Below, one piece after another: positions 32,510 through 45,500 of a stretch of DNA of 64,000 nucleotides. The stretch is from Tubiluchus corallicola. Its lineage: Eukaryota; Animalia; Priapulida. Location: the NCBI GenBank assembly GCA_030141605.1, contig JAQGDQ010000011.1, forward strand, positions 1-64,000, in the 5' to 3' direction. Made by a program: the position numbers and the translations under genes. The notes beneath the pieces were generated by a model. That model worked only from the letters and a program-made list of their open reading frames with translations. It did no database searches and was not told where the DNA came from. The first letter of the stretch is position 1. Every line of letters starts with the position of its first letter.

Positions 32510-32955
32510 GAAAAAAAACAAAGTTATTAAGACTAACAGGCAAATGGGGTATAGACTTATAACACAAAGTACAATTTCAGAAGTAGCAGTGCAATAATAC
32601 GTATAAAAATGGCTTTACTACTATTTCTATAACAAAATTCATGGTTAGTATTCACTGTAATTTGGGGTTTAGATTTTCAGCATAAATAACAAGTGAGATT
32701 TTACCATTCATATGTATATATACAGTTTAGTGAGTTCAATTTGAGTGCAAAGTAGTGCTAGTAGTTTAAGTTTTAGTTATGTAGGCAATTCCAAGACTAG
32801 GAATATAGAGAAATAAGCTTGTTTTTGTAATTTGAGGCAAGGTAATTAAGAGATTTGATTTGAACTTTTGAGGAATAGAGTTCCAAATTCGAGGGCCTTG
32901 ATACTAGAGCGAACGTTGAGCTTTGGTTGTATTGCATCTTTTGACACTGTAAGTG
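32510..32955 (-). mobile_element. L2/Crack-type LINE 3' remnant
   Basis: CNTTKAQRSL*YQGPRIWNSIP matches the GPxIWNSLP C-terminal motif. A second LINE-like 3' end with an (ACTT) tail lies at ~31905-32250. Confidence 0.6.
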
Positions 32956-33187
32956 TTACTTTATGCAACTTGTGGATTCAATCTTCATCATTACTATCAT
33001 CCAATGAATCATACGTCCAGGGACATTATTCTATTCACCTCTCTATGCCAGGACTCCCTGCTTGCCGCATTGCCCCAAGCGCATTTATTTCTAAGGATCA
33101 ATGCTGAAGTGTTTAAATATTTCTGTACAAAATCTATATTATAGAAAATGTGTTAACATTTGTCCTCCTGCAGGTTTTTTTAGCTGA

Positions 33188-33325
33188 TATGGGTATCAGA
33201 TGGCCAAAGAAAATCTCAAACAAAGATCTATATGAAAAATAAAAAGACGCCGTTTAAGATGGATTGAGCATATGCTTAGACTACCTGATGATGTTTCAGT
33301 GAAGATAGCTCTTCAACAAGCCTGG
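33188..33325 (+). mobile_element. RTE-clade LINE remnant
   Basis: MGIRWPKKISNKDLYEK / KRRRLRWIEHMLRLPDDVSVKIAL, a typical RTE post-RT motif. Confidence 0.7.
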
Positions 33326-33620
33326 ATTCAATCTAGCATGTTCCGCCAGTTTCAGCAATAAGCAAAATCTTCACAAAAAGCAAGCGGTACAACGAGGTTC
33401 TTTTTCAGCAACCAAGCGCTGGAGAAAGACGCTCAAATCATCAATCATCACATACCCGACAAATATATTTTGACGCTGCGTTTAATCTCAACACAAATAA
33501 AATTCGTTGTTGCAAAAAGTGATATTATAATTGCTTAACTTTACGTCACACTTCACAATAAAGCTCAGAATTAGAGTAACACATTTTTGTAAGCAATAAA
33601 TTTTATTACAAAATTAGAGG

Positions 33621-33817
<197 letters not shown>

Positions 33818-35039
33818 AATTTAATTCATGTGCAATTATGGACAGTTATTGTCACATCAAATAAAAATAAGTGTATAAACAGGTTGTTGTTTGCTATGAA
33901 TAAATTATCAAAAATATTGTTAAATTCTGAGCTTGATCTGCCTAAAGTCCAACGGCCACAGACGTCAGAATCTAACCAAGTACACAAGTGTCAGACTCTA
34001 CCTATCTGATTGCTGACCAACCCACAACAAATTGGCTAAAACACATTGCACAGCTCCATCTTACAAATAATAAACTGTTATCACAATTGTTTTCTTGCCA
34101 TATTTGCAGCCTCAAGTACATGAAGGCTATTGCTATTTATTAAAAAGCCTATAATTAGCATATATTACACTATACTTTTTAACAATAAGTGAAGTCAGAG
34201 TCCAACAGAGTCACACTGCAAACCTGCATGTAGCAATTCTCAGTAGATCCCATACTTGGTTATGGTAGAACTACAACTGAAAACATATAGGAAGTTGGTA
34301 ACACAGAACTGTACAGGTACGTATCTTAGTCATATGCATGGAAGGCAGTATAAAATTACAAAGAATTGAATTGCAATTTTTTCAAAGCACGTTCACTAAC
34401 CATCCACTTTTCTCTTTGTAGTTCAGAATTTTACTAATAATGAAATTGTATTGCAATAAATTTAATATTCAGTAGACAAAGTTCTTATAATAGAAGAAGG
34501 ATTATAAAGAAAATTAATATTAGGAATTTAATGAAACTAATGATCTTGACTCAGGAAAATTCTTAGTGAAGAATGTTAGAGGGAGTGGATGAGGAAAAGA
34601 GTAAGAAATAATTTAGTGATTAATTGTAGAAACCAAATAAAAGACTTTAAAAACGACACTTATTACGTATTATAACAAACGTGCTTAATTTTTCCATGCC
34701 AGGTTCTGAGCTTTATTTCAAGCTAAATTAAGGAAATATATGTGGATTTTTTTTAATGAAATGCTTGTAATTTATCTGTTATAAAAATATAGTCAGCAAC
34801 GTGAGGAGTATAGGTTTCTCTTGATTGTTTGTAAAATCGGCTTTGAATAAAGATTATTTTCATAAGAACTTTGCGATTATTAAAATCGCGAAGTTGATCG
34901 ACCTCACATTTGATGTTCTATTATAATAATAGCTGTAAAATTGAAATGAGGTTGCGCTGTCATCTGCTATTGATGCTCAGTCGCACACTTGCGACATACC
35001 CTCTACCTCACACGGAAGGTAAATGAAACGATCCAGTAA

Positions 35040-35196
35040 ACTGACCAATCAGCTTCGAGACTTGTTTACTTCTTGTTGTTCAATAGCAAAGTATATGGCC
35101 GCTTCTGTTTCGTAGAAAAGAGAGAAGACAATATTTAACGCATTTTTTATGTTTTGTGGGGATTTGTTTAACGGATTTGCATCAAGAGTTAATTAG
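35040..35196 (+). promoter_or_regulatory. Putative InR promoter and non-coding first exon
   Basis: CCAAT at 35045-35049 (GACCAATCAG), FoxO element TTGTTTAC at 35062-35069, YY1-like ATATGGCCGC at 35093-35102, perfect donor TAG|GTAAGT at 35196/35197. Matching acceptor TTGTAG at 39476 upstream of the ATG exon. Confidence 0.55.
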
Positions 35197-37924
35197 GTAA
35201 GTACAAAACATGAGTCTATTAACTATAAAATGTTCATAGTTGACTGCTGTACCGGTCTTTTTCAGAAGGTAACCTTGTAGTTTGGTTATCATTAATGATA
35301 TTATTATCTGAGGCGATGACCTCTGTTTGTATCACAATTTGTGATACTCATTGTCACATATTAGTATATTTCATATTTTAGAGAGGCATTATTTTTCATT
35401 AGAGTGCAACAGAAAAGCAGATCTGTAGATAGTTTGAAGTGATTTATGTCCAGAAAACGTCTTATGATTTCCACAGGTTTGTGTGTCCTTCCCAAATGTC
35501 TATGTTACTTTTAGTGAGTGTAACATCTCTTCATTTCTGTAAGCATTTTTTGAAATGTCATCCTTTTGCATTAAAAAAATTAATAATTTCTCATGCAGTT
35601 GATGCTAATCTACAAGGTCATAATCGTTGCATTAATGATTTTGCTGCCTGTGATATTTAGTTTTGTCCAATATTGGGAAAAATGTTACAATTCCACTTAG
35701 CTAAAATGCAGGATATAATTTTTGCAGTATAACAGTAATACAAGCGTGTGTTGCATGGTTTTCTGAACAGAGGTATAAAAGCTCTTACTATTTTTAATTG
35801 ATTAAATTAAAAATTGCACTTGCGCTTACTGTCATAGAGTAACTCGCAGCAAGTTTTGCTCTTTGCTATTGAAAATTGAGAATGAATTAAAGAGTTGGTT
35901 TGGTTTTGGAAATTGCAAAAATATTTGATTTCGTTTCGGAAATGTCCGCAACAAATCAGCTTCGGCTTTGATTTGGTTTCAGAAACCTAAACTTCGTCCC
36001 ACCCTTAATTAACAGTGTGCTGCTTTTTTCAATCAATGAACGAGGTAGTCGGTGGAAGAATAGGGATTCAAAATGGGATGGCCTAAGCTTGAAATGATCA
36101 CAACTTTAAAGTTATTTTACTAGTTACATAAGATGCTTCTCACATTTTTGTTAACTATTAAATCCTTCCAACAAATATTGAAGCAAAGACTTTTAATGCC
36201 TAACTTTCCAGATGGCTTGGCTTTTCCTTTGATGCTTAGTTTAGAAAACTGTACAAATTAGGACTTATAATACAGTTACTAATGCTCCAGTTAAAAATTT
36301 TAGTGCAAAGGGTAAAAAACTTTGCGATGCTGAATTTGGAACAAATCACTTAGAAATTTTTACCCTTTACAACGTTTGTGCTGATGTGTTTTCTTAATTT
36401 CGGCGAATGTGACTTTTCATTATTGTTGATTTTTCGATGTTAGTACATTGAAAATATAAGCAAACAACATTCCACTTCTGCACTTCATAGTTTAATTATC
36501 GGATATTTTTAAATTACGTTCAAAGTTCTGAGACGTAAATTGACTTGAATTGTTAACCATCGACTTACTTAATGTAAAATCAGGCAAATGTCTGTAGTCA
36601 AAACTTTCAATATTTTTGAAGCTGCCAAAGTTCCAAGATTCAAAAACTTATTTTTAAAGCTCAGAATAGAGCTCTAGCAAGAAAATTGTGTTTGTTAGCA
36701 AGTGATTAAAGTGCTCGCTTTTTGTTAGGCTTCCTGATATAATGACCACATTAATTTTTGTTAATGCCAAGTTCACGTGTACCACAAAATGTACTACATG
36801 TATAGTAACTTTATGTAGCATGTGTTAAACATGTCAATATCCAGCAGCGGTGTGGTCTAATGACTCTACCATTGGTGCAGTGTGCACTAGGATTTAGTGA
36901 CCCATAAAGGTCAAACAGGCAGCGACATTGTAGCCTACTTGACTGATACGCCCTTCGTTTTTAGGAAGGAATTAAAAATAATTTCATTTATTTTATATCA
37001 TTTATTTTAGCTTACTCTCATGGTCAGTTTTTAACCTTGAAACTTTATATGGGATGTATTTACTATTTTCATTGTGCTTTTTACCCCCAGTATTGATTTC
37101 TAATGCGTTGTTGCTCAGAATTAATGTGTAATTACACAAATTTCTACATACTTCATCTGGAGCACTGAGCACAACTTTTTAATGTATTGATGTCCACTGC
37201 TATCATTGATGTTTTGGTATTTTGCTCGGAATTATCAAGTTGACTCAACGACTTCACTTGATTTGTGACTGGGCTCCGTCTCGATGCATGCATTAATTTT
37301 GTTTTTCACATTGTTTGCTGTTTGCTGTGTTATAATGTACAAAAAAACTGTTGCACCTGTTTTGACATTGAACAAGCACAATCTGGATACGAATTACGTA
37401 AATATAAACAAAAAATCCAAGTTGTTTGCATTGCTGACCTAGGTAGCATTTCGCCAAGGGGTGTGCAAATTATCTGGTTAACTGGGCCACATTAAACTTT
37501 CCCGCACTTCCCGCGAGCCACATGCAGTTTGGTCAAGTAACCAAGAACAGTAGGACGTAATAACGATTTTTTTGCATCCGAACTGTGCACATCATTACTA
37601 CATTCAAGAATACTATTTTAGAAGTTAATAAAATTTATGTTAAAAACTATAGATTTCAACTTTCATGTTAGATAGTGGTAATTTTATTACAATGCATTTT
37701 AGTACAGTGTATCACACAGTGCATATTAATCTGTCTTGAAACACTCGATGTTCTTCAATCTTCCTTTTTTCTTACTCGTGACCCTGATCTATAAGAACAC
37801 TACACCTGATGAAACAGTCACTGATCGAGGCGCATATTACCGAGCCTAAGCAGAAACTAAAATCTGGAAATCCCCCTATTTCAGGAGTGACCACACGTTT
37901 TCAGCTTGTTCGCTACTTATAAAT

Positions 37925-38413
37925 TCTGAAGGTGCCATTACATGATGTCACTACACCATGTAAATCAGGGGAAGAAAAAGCAATGTTAAATTATGCCCCA
38001 AAAAACATTCCTTTTAAAGCAATGTTACTTAGCATTTCACTTACCTGCTGGAAAGACTTGTGTAACTAGACTAATAATTTAAGATGTTTGTGCCAATTGG
38101 TAAAATGTCACTAACACATTTTTAATCTTGTTGACAATATACAGTAATTTAAAATTTTACTTAATTAACAACATGTATGCTAGCTTGCTCTGATTATTTT
38201 TTCAAGTTTTGCTTAATGTTATCAAAACTTGTTTCAAACGACCTACCATTAAAATGGCTGCGCCTAGCGGTCTTCGCAGGAGCTTAAATTTACACGTTTT
38301 ATATAGCGTTATGGCCGATGCAAGCCATGCATACGAAAAGGTAGTATGTAGGTGGTATAAAATTTCGAGACGAATTTTTTAAGCTTAATGTAATAGGAGG
38401 GTTTTCTTGTGCT
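37925..38413 (+). mobile_element. Kolobok-like MITE family C, 5'-truncated
   Basis: Homologous to 50523-51200; ends GTTTTCTTGTGCT|TTAA. Confidence 0.75.
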
Positions 38414-39525
38414 TTAAATGTAAAATCAGTTCTGCTCAATATAGCAACAACTGAAAAATTCAATTTAGATTTGCTTCAGTTTACAGATAAGGTCAGAATT
38501 TGGTTTTGGTTTGGTCATTTTAACAGTCTGCTATACCTACAACATGTATATAGAGGCTATAGGTTTGAATGTTTGTAAGTTGACAAGTTAGTACAAGTTA
38601 GCAGTATATAAAAACGTGCAGCAATTGACGCAGTTTATGCTGAGGTGCCCTTCACATGCATTAAAACCCATATGCTTTAGTTTAACTGCTTTAGAGTAAA
38701 CTACATAAGAATAATTTTCCTCTGGCTGAAATTGTTATTCATTGTTTGTGAATTGGACAGTACAAACAAGATATTTCTCAGTAATTTGTATTATAGGTTA
38801 GGTTAGTTTATGGTGACGTTTTTAAACTATGTACAAAACTGCAAAAAGGCTACCAGGCTGAAACTTGTTAAAACTGTTTTCCTTTCTCCAAAACCAAATT
38901 TAGCCAATTAGACTAGTTAGATATTTTTGACAGTTGTTTTGTATTATTCCTTTTATCATTATTGTTTTCTTCTGTTCAAGTAACACAACCAGCTTTTGTT
39001 GTAAATTGATGTAAATGATGATTTTCTTGCATTTTCTCTACTACGTGAGACATTGATGTTTCTCTTGGAATAATTACTGTGTGTTAAATAGCAGATAATG
39101 TTGAAGTTGACAACTACAAGTAGTATTTTTATTGGTCACTTTGCAACTTTCAGTGTGGTTTGATAATAGTAATGGCACCTTTGTACCAGGATGCCAGACA
39201 TATTTATAGAAATTGTAAATGCACCACTTTAGACCAATGCTTTGATTATTTATATTGCTTTATGTTCAGAGATACTGTTACACGTTTTGGTAGGCTCCAT
39301 ATTCTCGAAACATAGTTATATCGCAGTTTTGCATAGCATTGTATTTGAGAATAGATTCGTGAAATATTTTAACATACAAACTTTTGGAAATGCGGCACCA
39401 GACAATATATTCGAACTTTAAGAAAATGTTTGACAACCTGGCATTTGAAGTTAACGGAGCTCTTATTTTGTTGTAGAATGTTGCCCTGTTCCCTAGAAGA
39501 TAAATAGTGAACAGTTGTCGGAACC

Positions 39526-42500
39526 ATGGATGTGTCTACTCCGTCCTTGCTGGTGGCTCTCCTGTTCTTTAGTGTGCTTGGAAAAGGACTGTCGTTCTTT
39601 GCGCCTCCAGCTCCGCCGAGGAGTGCCAGGCAAGAAAGAGCCGTCGTCACTAGGAGAGGGAGAAACGAAGTTGGTAAGTTCCCATGTGTCAGCTACAAAC
39701 CCATATTTAATTAAATTCTAACATCAAACTTGAAAATGAGGAAGTGTAATAAAGTTGGCATGCAGACGGGATTTGAAATAGGGTGCTTCCCAACTTTTTC
39801 ACATTTCCTGTTTTTCAAGTTTGGTGTCAGAATTTAATTGACAGCGGGTTTGTAACATTATTGATGGTAATCTCAACATTGAGATTAAAATAATTAAGTT
39901 GTCGAGTATTGATTGACTGTTGTATGATAAATTTGTGCATCCTGCTTGCCTTGGTGCTTTTTTCAAGAGCTGTGGAGGTTTGCTAGAACTTTGCTTGTCA
40001 TGCACTTGGGACTTGCACTTGGGACTGGATGTATGCTCAGCCAAAGAAAGGGAGAGTCCAATGATCTCCATGTGGGTTCATAGCTAAAATCAAAAGGACA
40101 TGATCTTGGAACTATTGGCCAATCATTTTTTTGTAAAAACTCATTATGCTTTTGGCAAGGATTGACATTGTGCTACTTTTCTTCAAGACGAATAACATCA
40201 TTTGAAGAAGAATGGTCATTGATTTTAAAGTGATTTTACTAGTTACGTATGGCACTTATTGCAGTTTTGTTACTAAATCTTTCTAACATTTTTCGTGAAC
40301 TTTGAAATAAGCCTCCTAGAAGGCTTGGCCTTTAAATTTGGTATGTCAACTGTAGCATATTTTTCCTAAAGTGAAAGGAATTTTACCCATATTTCCTAAA
40401 TTTCCATTTTGTGATTCACGGAAATTTTTCACGGCTTTAATAATGGAATTATTTGCAAGTGATTTGACTAATTATGTAATCAAAACGTTAATTACAATGT
40501 TAATTATGCTGTTGATGGCTTACAGGCTTGCAGTCCTCAAGACTGTTTTGTAGGCTTGTAGCTTCTCTATGTCATGTTTATTATTCAAATTCTAACCCAT
40601 AAACTTAGTAATATATTTGTTTCAGCTTACTGTAGCTTGTGGCAGACTATCAGCTTTATTTTGTAGTTCATATTGCCTTCTACTAAAACAAGAAGTATAG
40701 CGAAATTCAATTAAAAATCGTAAAGAACTCTGGGTTGGACTCAACGTCCTGCTACCAGGAACTGGACACTGTGATGGCTAGATGGCTAACGGTGTACTAT
40801 TAGGTTCATTCAAGGGACAGTTATAGAGCAGCACTTGTTCATCTTTAACTTAATTTGTATTGCTGTTAGTTTTACTTTTTATACTAAATTCAAGAACATT
40901 TTTGAAATATTTACACGAGGTTAACATCCTCAAGGCAGTCAGCTGTCTTGAGTGCTGTAGGTCAGTTAGCCAAGCAGGCAGCTGTTTTGAGTATAGTAGG
41001 TCAGGTAGCCAAGCAGCCAGCTGTTTTCACTACTGTTAATCAGGTAGCCAAGCAGCCAGCTGTCTTGAGTACTGTAGGTCACGTAGACAAGCAGCCAGCT
41101 GTTCTCAATACCATAGGTCAGGTAGCCAAGCAGCCAGCTATTTTCAGTACTGTTAATCAGGTAGCCAAGCAGCCAGCTGTCTTGAGTACTGTAGGTCAGG
41201 TAGCCAAGCAGGCAGCTGTCTTGAGTACTGTAGATCAAGTAGCCAATCAGTCAGCTATCTTGAATGTTAATCAGCTAGCCAATAAGCCAGTTGTCTAAAA
41301 TTAAAGCAGTCAGTCATTGCTGTTAGTAAGGAGCCAGTTAACTGCCCGAAGTGCTGTTAGTCAGCTAGGTAAGCAGCCAGCTGTCTTGAATGCTGATAAT
41401 CAGCTAGCCCAGTAACTAGCTTACAAACCGAGCGGCTAAAATCTAAAACGTAAAATTCTCGTTTCGTGCTTTCATGCAGGTAAGAATTTTAATACAACTT
41501 ATGCGTTAAATGAATTTAATATAAATCCAAAATGTAGTAAAGTCCATTCGAAGAGTTTGTATCATTTGCTGTTAAAGCCCAGCTGGCACGTCACTAACGT
41601 CTCTGAAGCCGAATGACTAACTAGCTTCTTCGCCTGCTTTTGTCTACTTTCATTCACATCAGATTTGTTAGCCACCGTTGGCTGCTTTTCATAAACATAA
41701 CAGCCAGACTAGACCGTAGGTGTTAGTCTCGTGCGGCCGCCCCCAAGCCGACTGTCTGTCTCTGTGCAGAAGTGCTTCTTCGGTTGTTTTTGTTGCTGGA
41801 ACGCGCCAAGAATCATATCGATATCTTCACGCTCTGAGCTCTCTCTCTCTCTCTCTCCCCAGTGCTTGCTGTAGAAAATATCGATCACATCTAGAAGATT
41901 GCGAAAACATGTATTAAAGTAGCAGCGGCAGCAGTGAAAGCTCTGCCATGTTGCTCATCGATGACACCAACCTAATTGACCCTGCGTCGTGTCGCTAAGA
42001 AGGCGGAGAAACGGAGAACATTCTAGTACACGTCAATAATAGTTTCACCTGCGTACACCCCGGCTCGTCCTTGGCAGTAATTAGTGTCCAAAGTACTCGG
42101 CTGTAACCGAGTTGTTGATAGTGAACTGCTGAGGTTTACGTCCTGGAGTTGTGCTGACGCATTTGACTGGTAATAGGAAAGAGGGCAGTCTATCAGCAAA
42201 GTGTTGTTTTTATTCGGTAAAATGTTCTCAAAGTGTTCTTGAATTTTTTTTTTGGTAAACTTGGAAATGGTCGCCTGGCTTTTGATTTCAAATGTACAAT
42301 GTTCTGGTTCATTGTTGGCTGAACTTTATGCATGCTTCTCAAATTGATTCCGTCTTTTATTACATTTTCTTGCGAAGTTTTGCTAGAAAGTTCAAGTATA
42401 GACCTTCATGCATATGTGTCCTTCCGTCCATCTGCCATGACTGATTGTATTATATCTCTAAGCTATCTGGCCGATGAGCAGAATTTGGGAAACCGATCAG

Positions 42501-45500
42501 CATTGATCGTTGACCTTAACCCTTGAACTTAAAGTTTGTTAAAACACAAGAAAACCCTTCATAAACATAAAGCTCAGAAAATTTGTCTTGAAATTTATAT
42601 CACTTACTCACTGCCTTTTCGCGTGCAGGACTTCAATCGGCAGTCACGCTGTATAAAACATGTAAATTTAAACTCCCGTGATGACCGTTAGACGCAGCCA
42701 TTTTGACGACAGATCATTTAAAACAAATTTAGATAACATTGTGTAAACTTTGAAAAAAATAATCAAAGCATTCGTACCACACACGTCACTAACTGAATAA
42801 AAATTTAAATTACTGTATCTTGTCAATAAGATTAAAAATAAGTTTTTAGTTAGTGAGTGGTGCACCCTAGAGGGTGAGCCAGTGACATTTTACCAATTTG
42901 TGAAAACATTTTAGATAAATAAAAATTTTCTTTTCTAGTTACATAAATCTTTCAAGCAGATAAGCGAAAGGCTAAGTAATATTGATTTGCATGGAAAGTT
43001 TTTTTGGGACACAATTTAACATTGCCCTTTCTTCCTATGATTTACGTTTGCCTAGTGACGTCATGTGATGGCGGCTTCGGAACAGCATTGCTGGATATTT
43101 AAAAGGAAGACAACAAAATTTATTTTCAATGCAAGTACGAATATGCATAAAATTGTTATAAAGTAATGCAATTTTTTAAGGCGATTTTTCTGAAACCTAC
43201 CTCAGGCATCCCTTTCTTGTCCTTTAAGGCTTTATATTTGGCAGCACACATTGTGCGTTATACCTTCAAGACTTGCTATTTACCTGATTCAACTCATCAT
43301 ATTTTCAGTACCTTATGACTGCCTGAGTTTGAATTTGACTTTGAAATTATTAATAGTAACAATATGGAAGAGTGACTATGGGCTGTTGCACCATGAGGTT
43401 AAATGTGACCTTGAAAATCAGTATAATGTATGCAGCCTCCAAACATTTTACATATATTTCATCTCCAGGACCACTGAAGTTGGAACTTTCATTCAAATTT
43501 GGCACATGGCTGACACTAGTCGATCCTCCGTCAGTCAGAAATAGCAAGAGACAGAATGGCTAATGAAACCATTCATGGCAATCATTCCAGTTCCATAGCC
43601 AATCACACACTGTGACACTCTGTTGTCCTATTCCTACCTCTTACTGGGATTAAATCAGTTATATGTGCTTGAAATCAACTTCTGCTTTGGCTAAGCATTG
43701 TAAAATCAGACCAGAACTTGGATGGGTGAATGTGAGATAATGTTTAAAACTTATACGCGCGATTAGCTCATGAACCGTCCTGTACTTCCTAGTTCAGTAA
43801 GCTGTTTAAACGGGCTCTCGGGACTTGTATTTGTCGAGTGTTTTTTCAGTGAAAGCTTCTACTTTAGAAATTATTTAGTCTATAGTTATCAGAAAACCTA
43901 GTGATGAACTGTTACTAATTACCACAGCGATTTTTACAAATTAAAATATGAAAGCTTGTTTATTTAATTTCCTGTACTGGCTGCATGATCCAAGTAAGCG
44001 TAAATATTTATGTTATGTACAAGTACTAGATGGCTACCGAATATTTTCAATAGCAAAACGCTTGACCTATGAGTGATTATGCTAATACGAAATTCCGTTC
44101 TGGAAGTTAACTAATTAACCGGCAAAGGAGCTGCTCTGCTAATTAGGCAAATACGTTTGTTCAGTCGGAAATGTTTTGCTTGTTCAGTCGAACATGGCGC
44201 AGGTTTTATTCATTTATGTTAACTAGGTACCTGTCTCTGTTTATCTCCTGAACGTATTCGTCAATAACCTTAATTTGTGCATGGTGTACGCGTGGCGTCT
44301 GATTGATGTAATTATTCTTGCTATGATTTATTTTTTACTGGATGATGTGAAACGTTTTGAATATTATTCTCATTGCTCAGCTGTTCGAGTTTGTCTGCAT
44401 GTTTATTATTTAGTAACGCCAGAAAATTTGAATTCATGCAACCTAAAGGTTATGTGTACAATTATTGTAGTTTTATTATTAGCTAATAACGAATCCCAGA
44501 GGGGTGACTGGTGAATGGATTAGTAGGAAAAATGAGTGAGTGAGTGAGATAATGAATGCGTAAAAGCAGGGTCGTACTATGACCTTTTAGGGCCCCTATG
44601 CTAATGAAATTAAGAAGCCCCCTGAGATGGTTCCACTCTCTAACTCACCCGCTCCCGCGTTGAACAATTTACTTGTGATATATTTTAACGGCATTTACAT
44701 AGCTTGAACTACAATTAGGTATTGCAAATTTTTTAAATAAACTGGAATAATTATCATTTGTTTGTAAATATTCTTTAACACATGTTACTATTTTATTATT
44801 TAGAAAAAGGTGTAGAAGGAACCCTGAACAGCTGAAAGAGTTGTGAATGAGTGAGTGACAAAGTAAAAGAACGAATGAATTAGTGAGTTAGTTAATGGAA
44901 GAACTGAAGTAATGCATGAACGAGTGAATAACTGAATGAGTTACGAGTGACTGCTGATTGATGAAGTAACACAAAGCACTACACGATTTTATCATTTTTC
45001 GATTTAATCACGGTCTATGTGAGATGTCTGTACATGTACCCCAATAAAATGTAAATACGGTATTAGTAAGCGTATTCTAGATTCCTGGAATTATACATTA
45101 ATGAATCATTTCATCAATTCGTGGAAAACTGGAAATTTGTCTACTCGCCGTGATAATAAACCTATCTATAGCTGATCGCGTATTCTGCGGGTATTAAGAA
45201 AACATAAAATCGACAATAAAGTTCATTTGATGGGTACATATACTTATTCGTGTTAATAGCTGCGATCAATAACCAAATTTTGAAGGACAAGAGTAGTGAA
45301 TATTTACATGCTTTTTAAAAAAAACTCGCCTTGAAATTTTACGTCGTTATATTTTGCTAGAAAAATTTCAATTTAAACTCCTGTTTTCTGATTATAGTCA
45401 TTTTTTGACGGTTGGTCTGTTAAGATATTCCAAGGATTTTTTTAGTAAATTTAAACTTAGTCAATTTTTTTATTACAGGCACTTAAAAACATTTGTAGTC

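Noticed and set aside
36843-36960. tRNA-like A-box start (GTGGTCTAATG)
   Set aside because: No cloverleaf or B-box; at most a decayed SINE.
37800-37860. CTGATGA as a hammerhead ribozyme core (also at ~11559 and ~33285)
   Set aside because: No stem II closed by GAAA and no stems I/III could be found.
40935-41415. Regular repeat as a CRISPR array
   Set aside because: Head-to-tail units without unique spacers, in a eukaryotic intron, with no cas genes.
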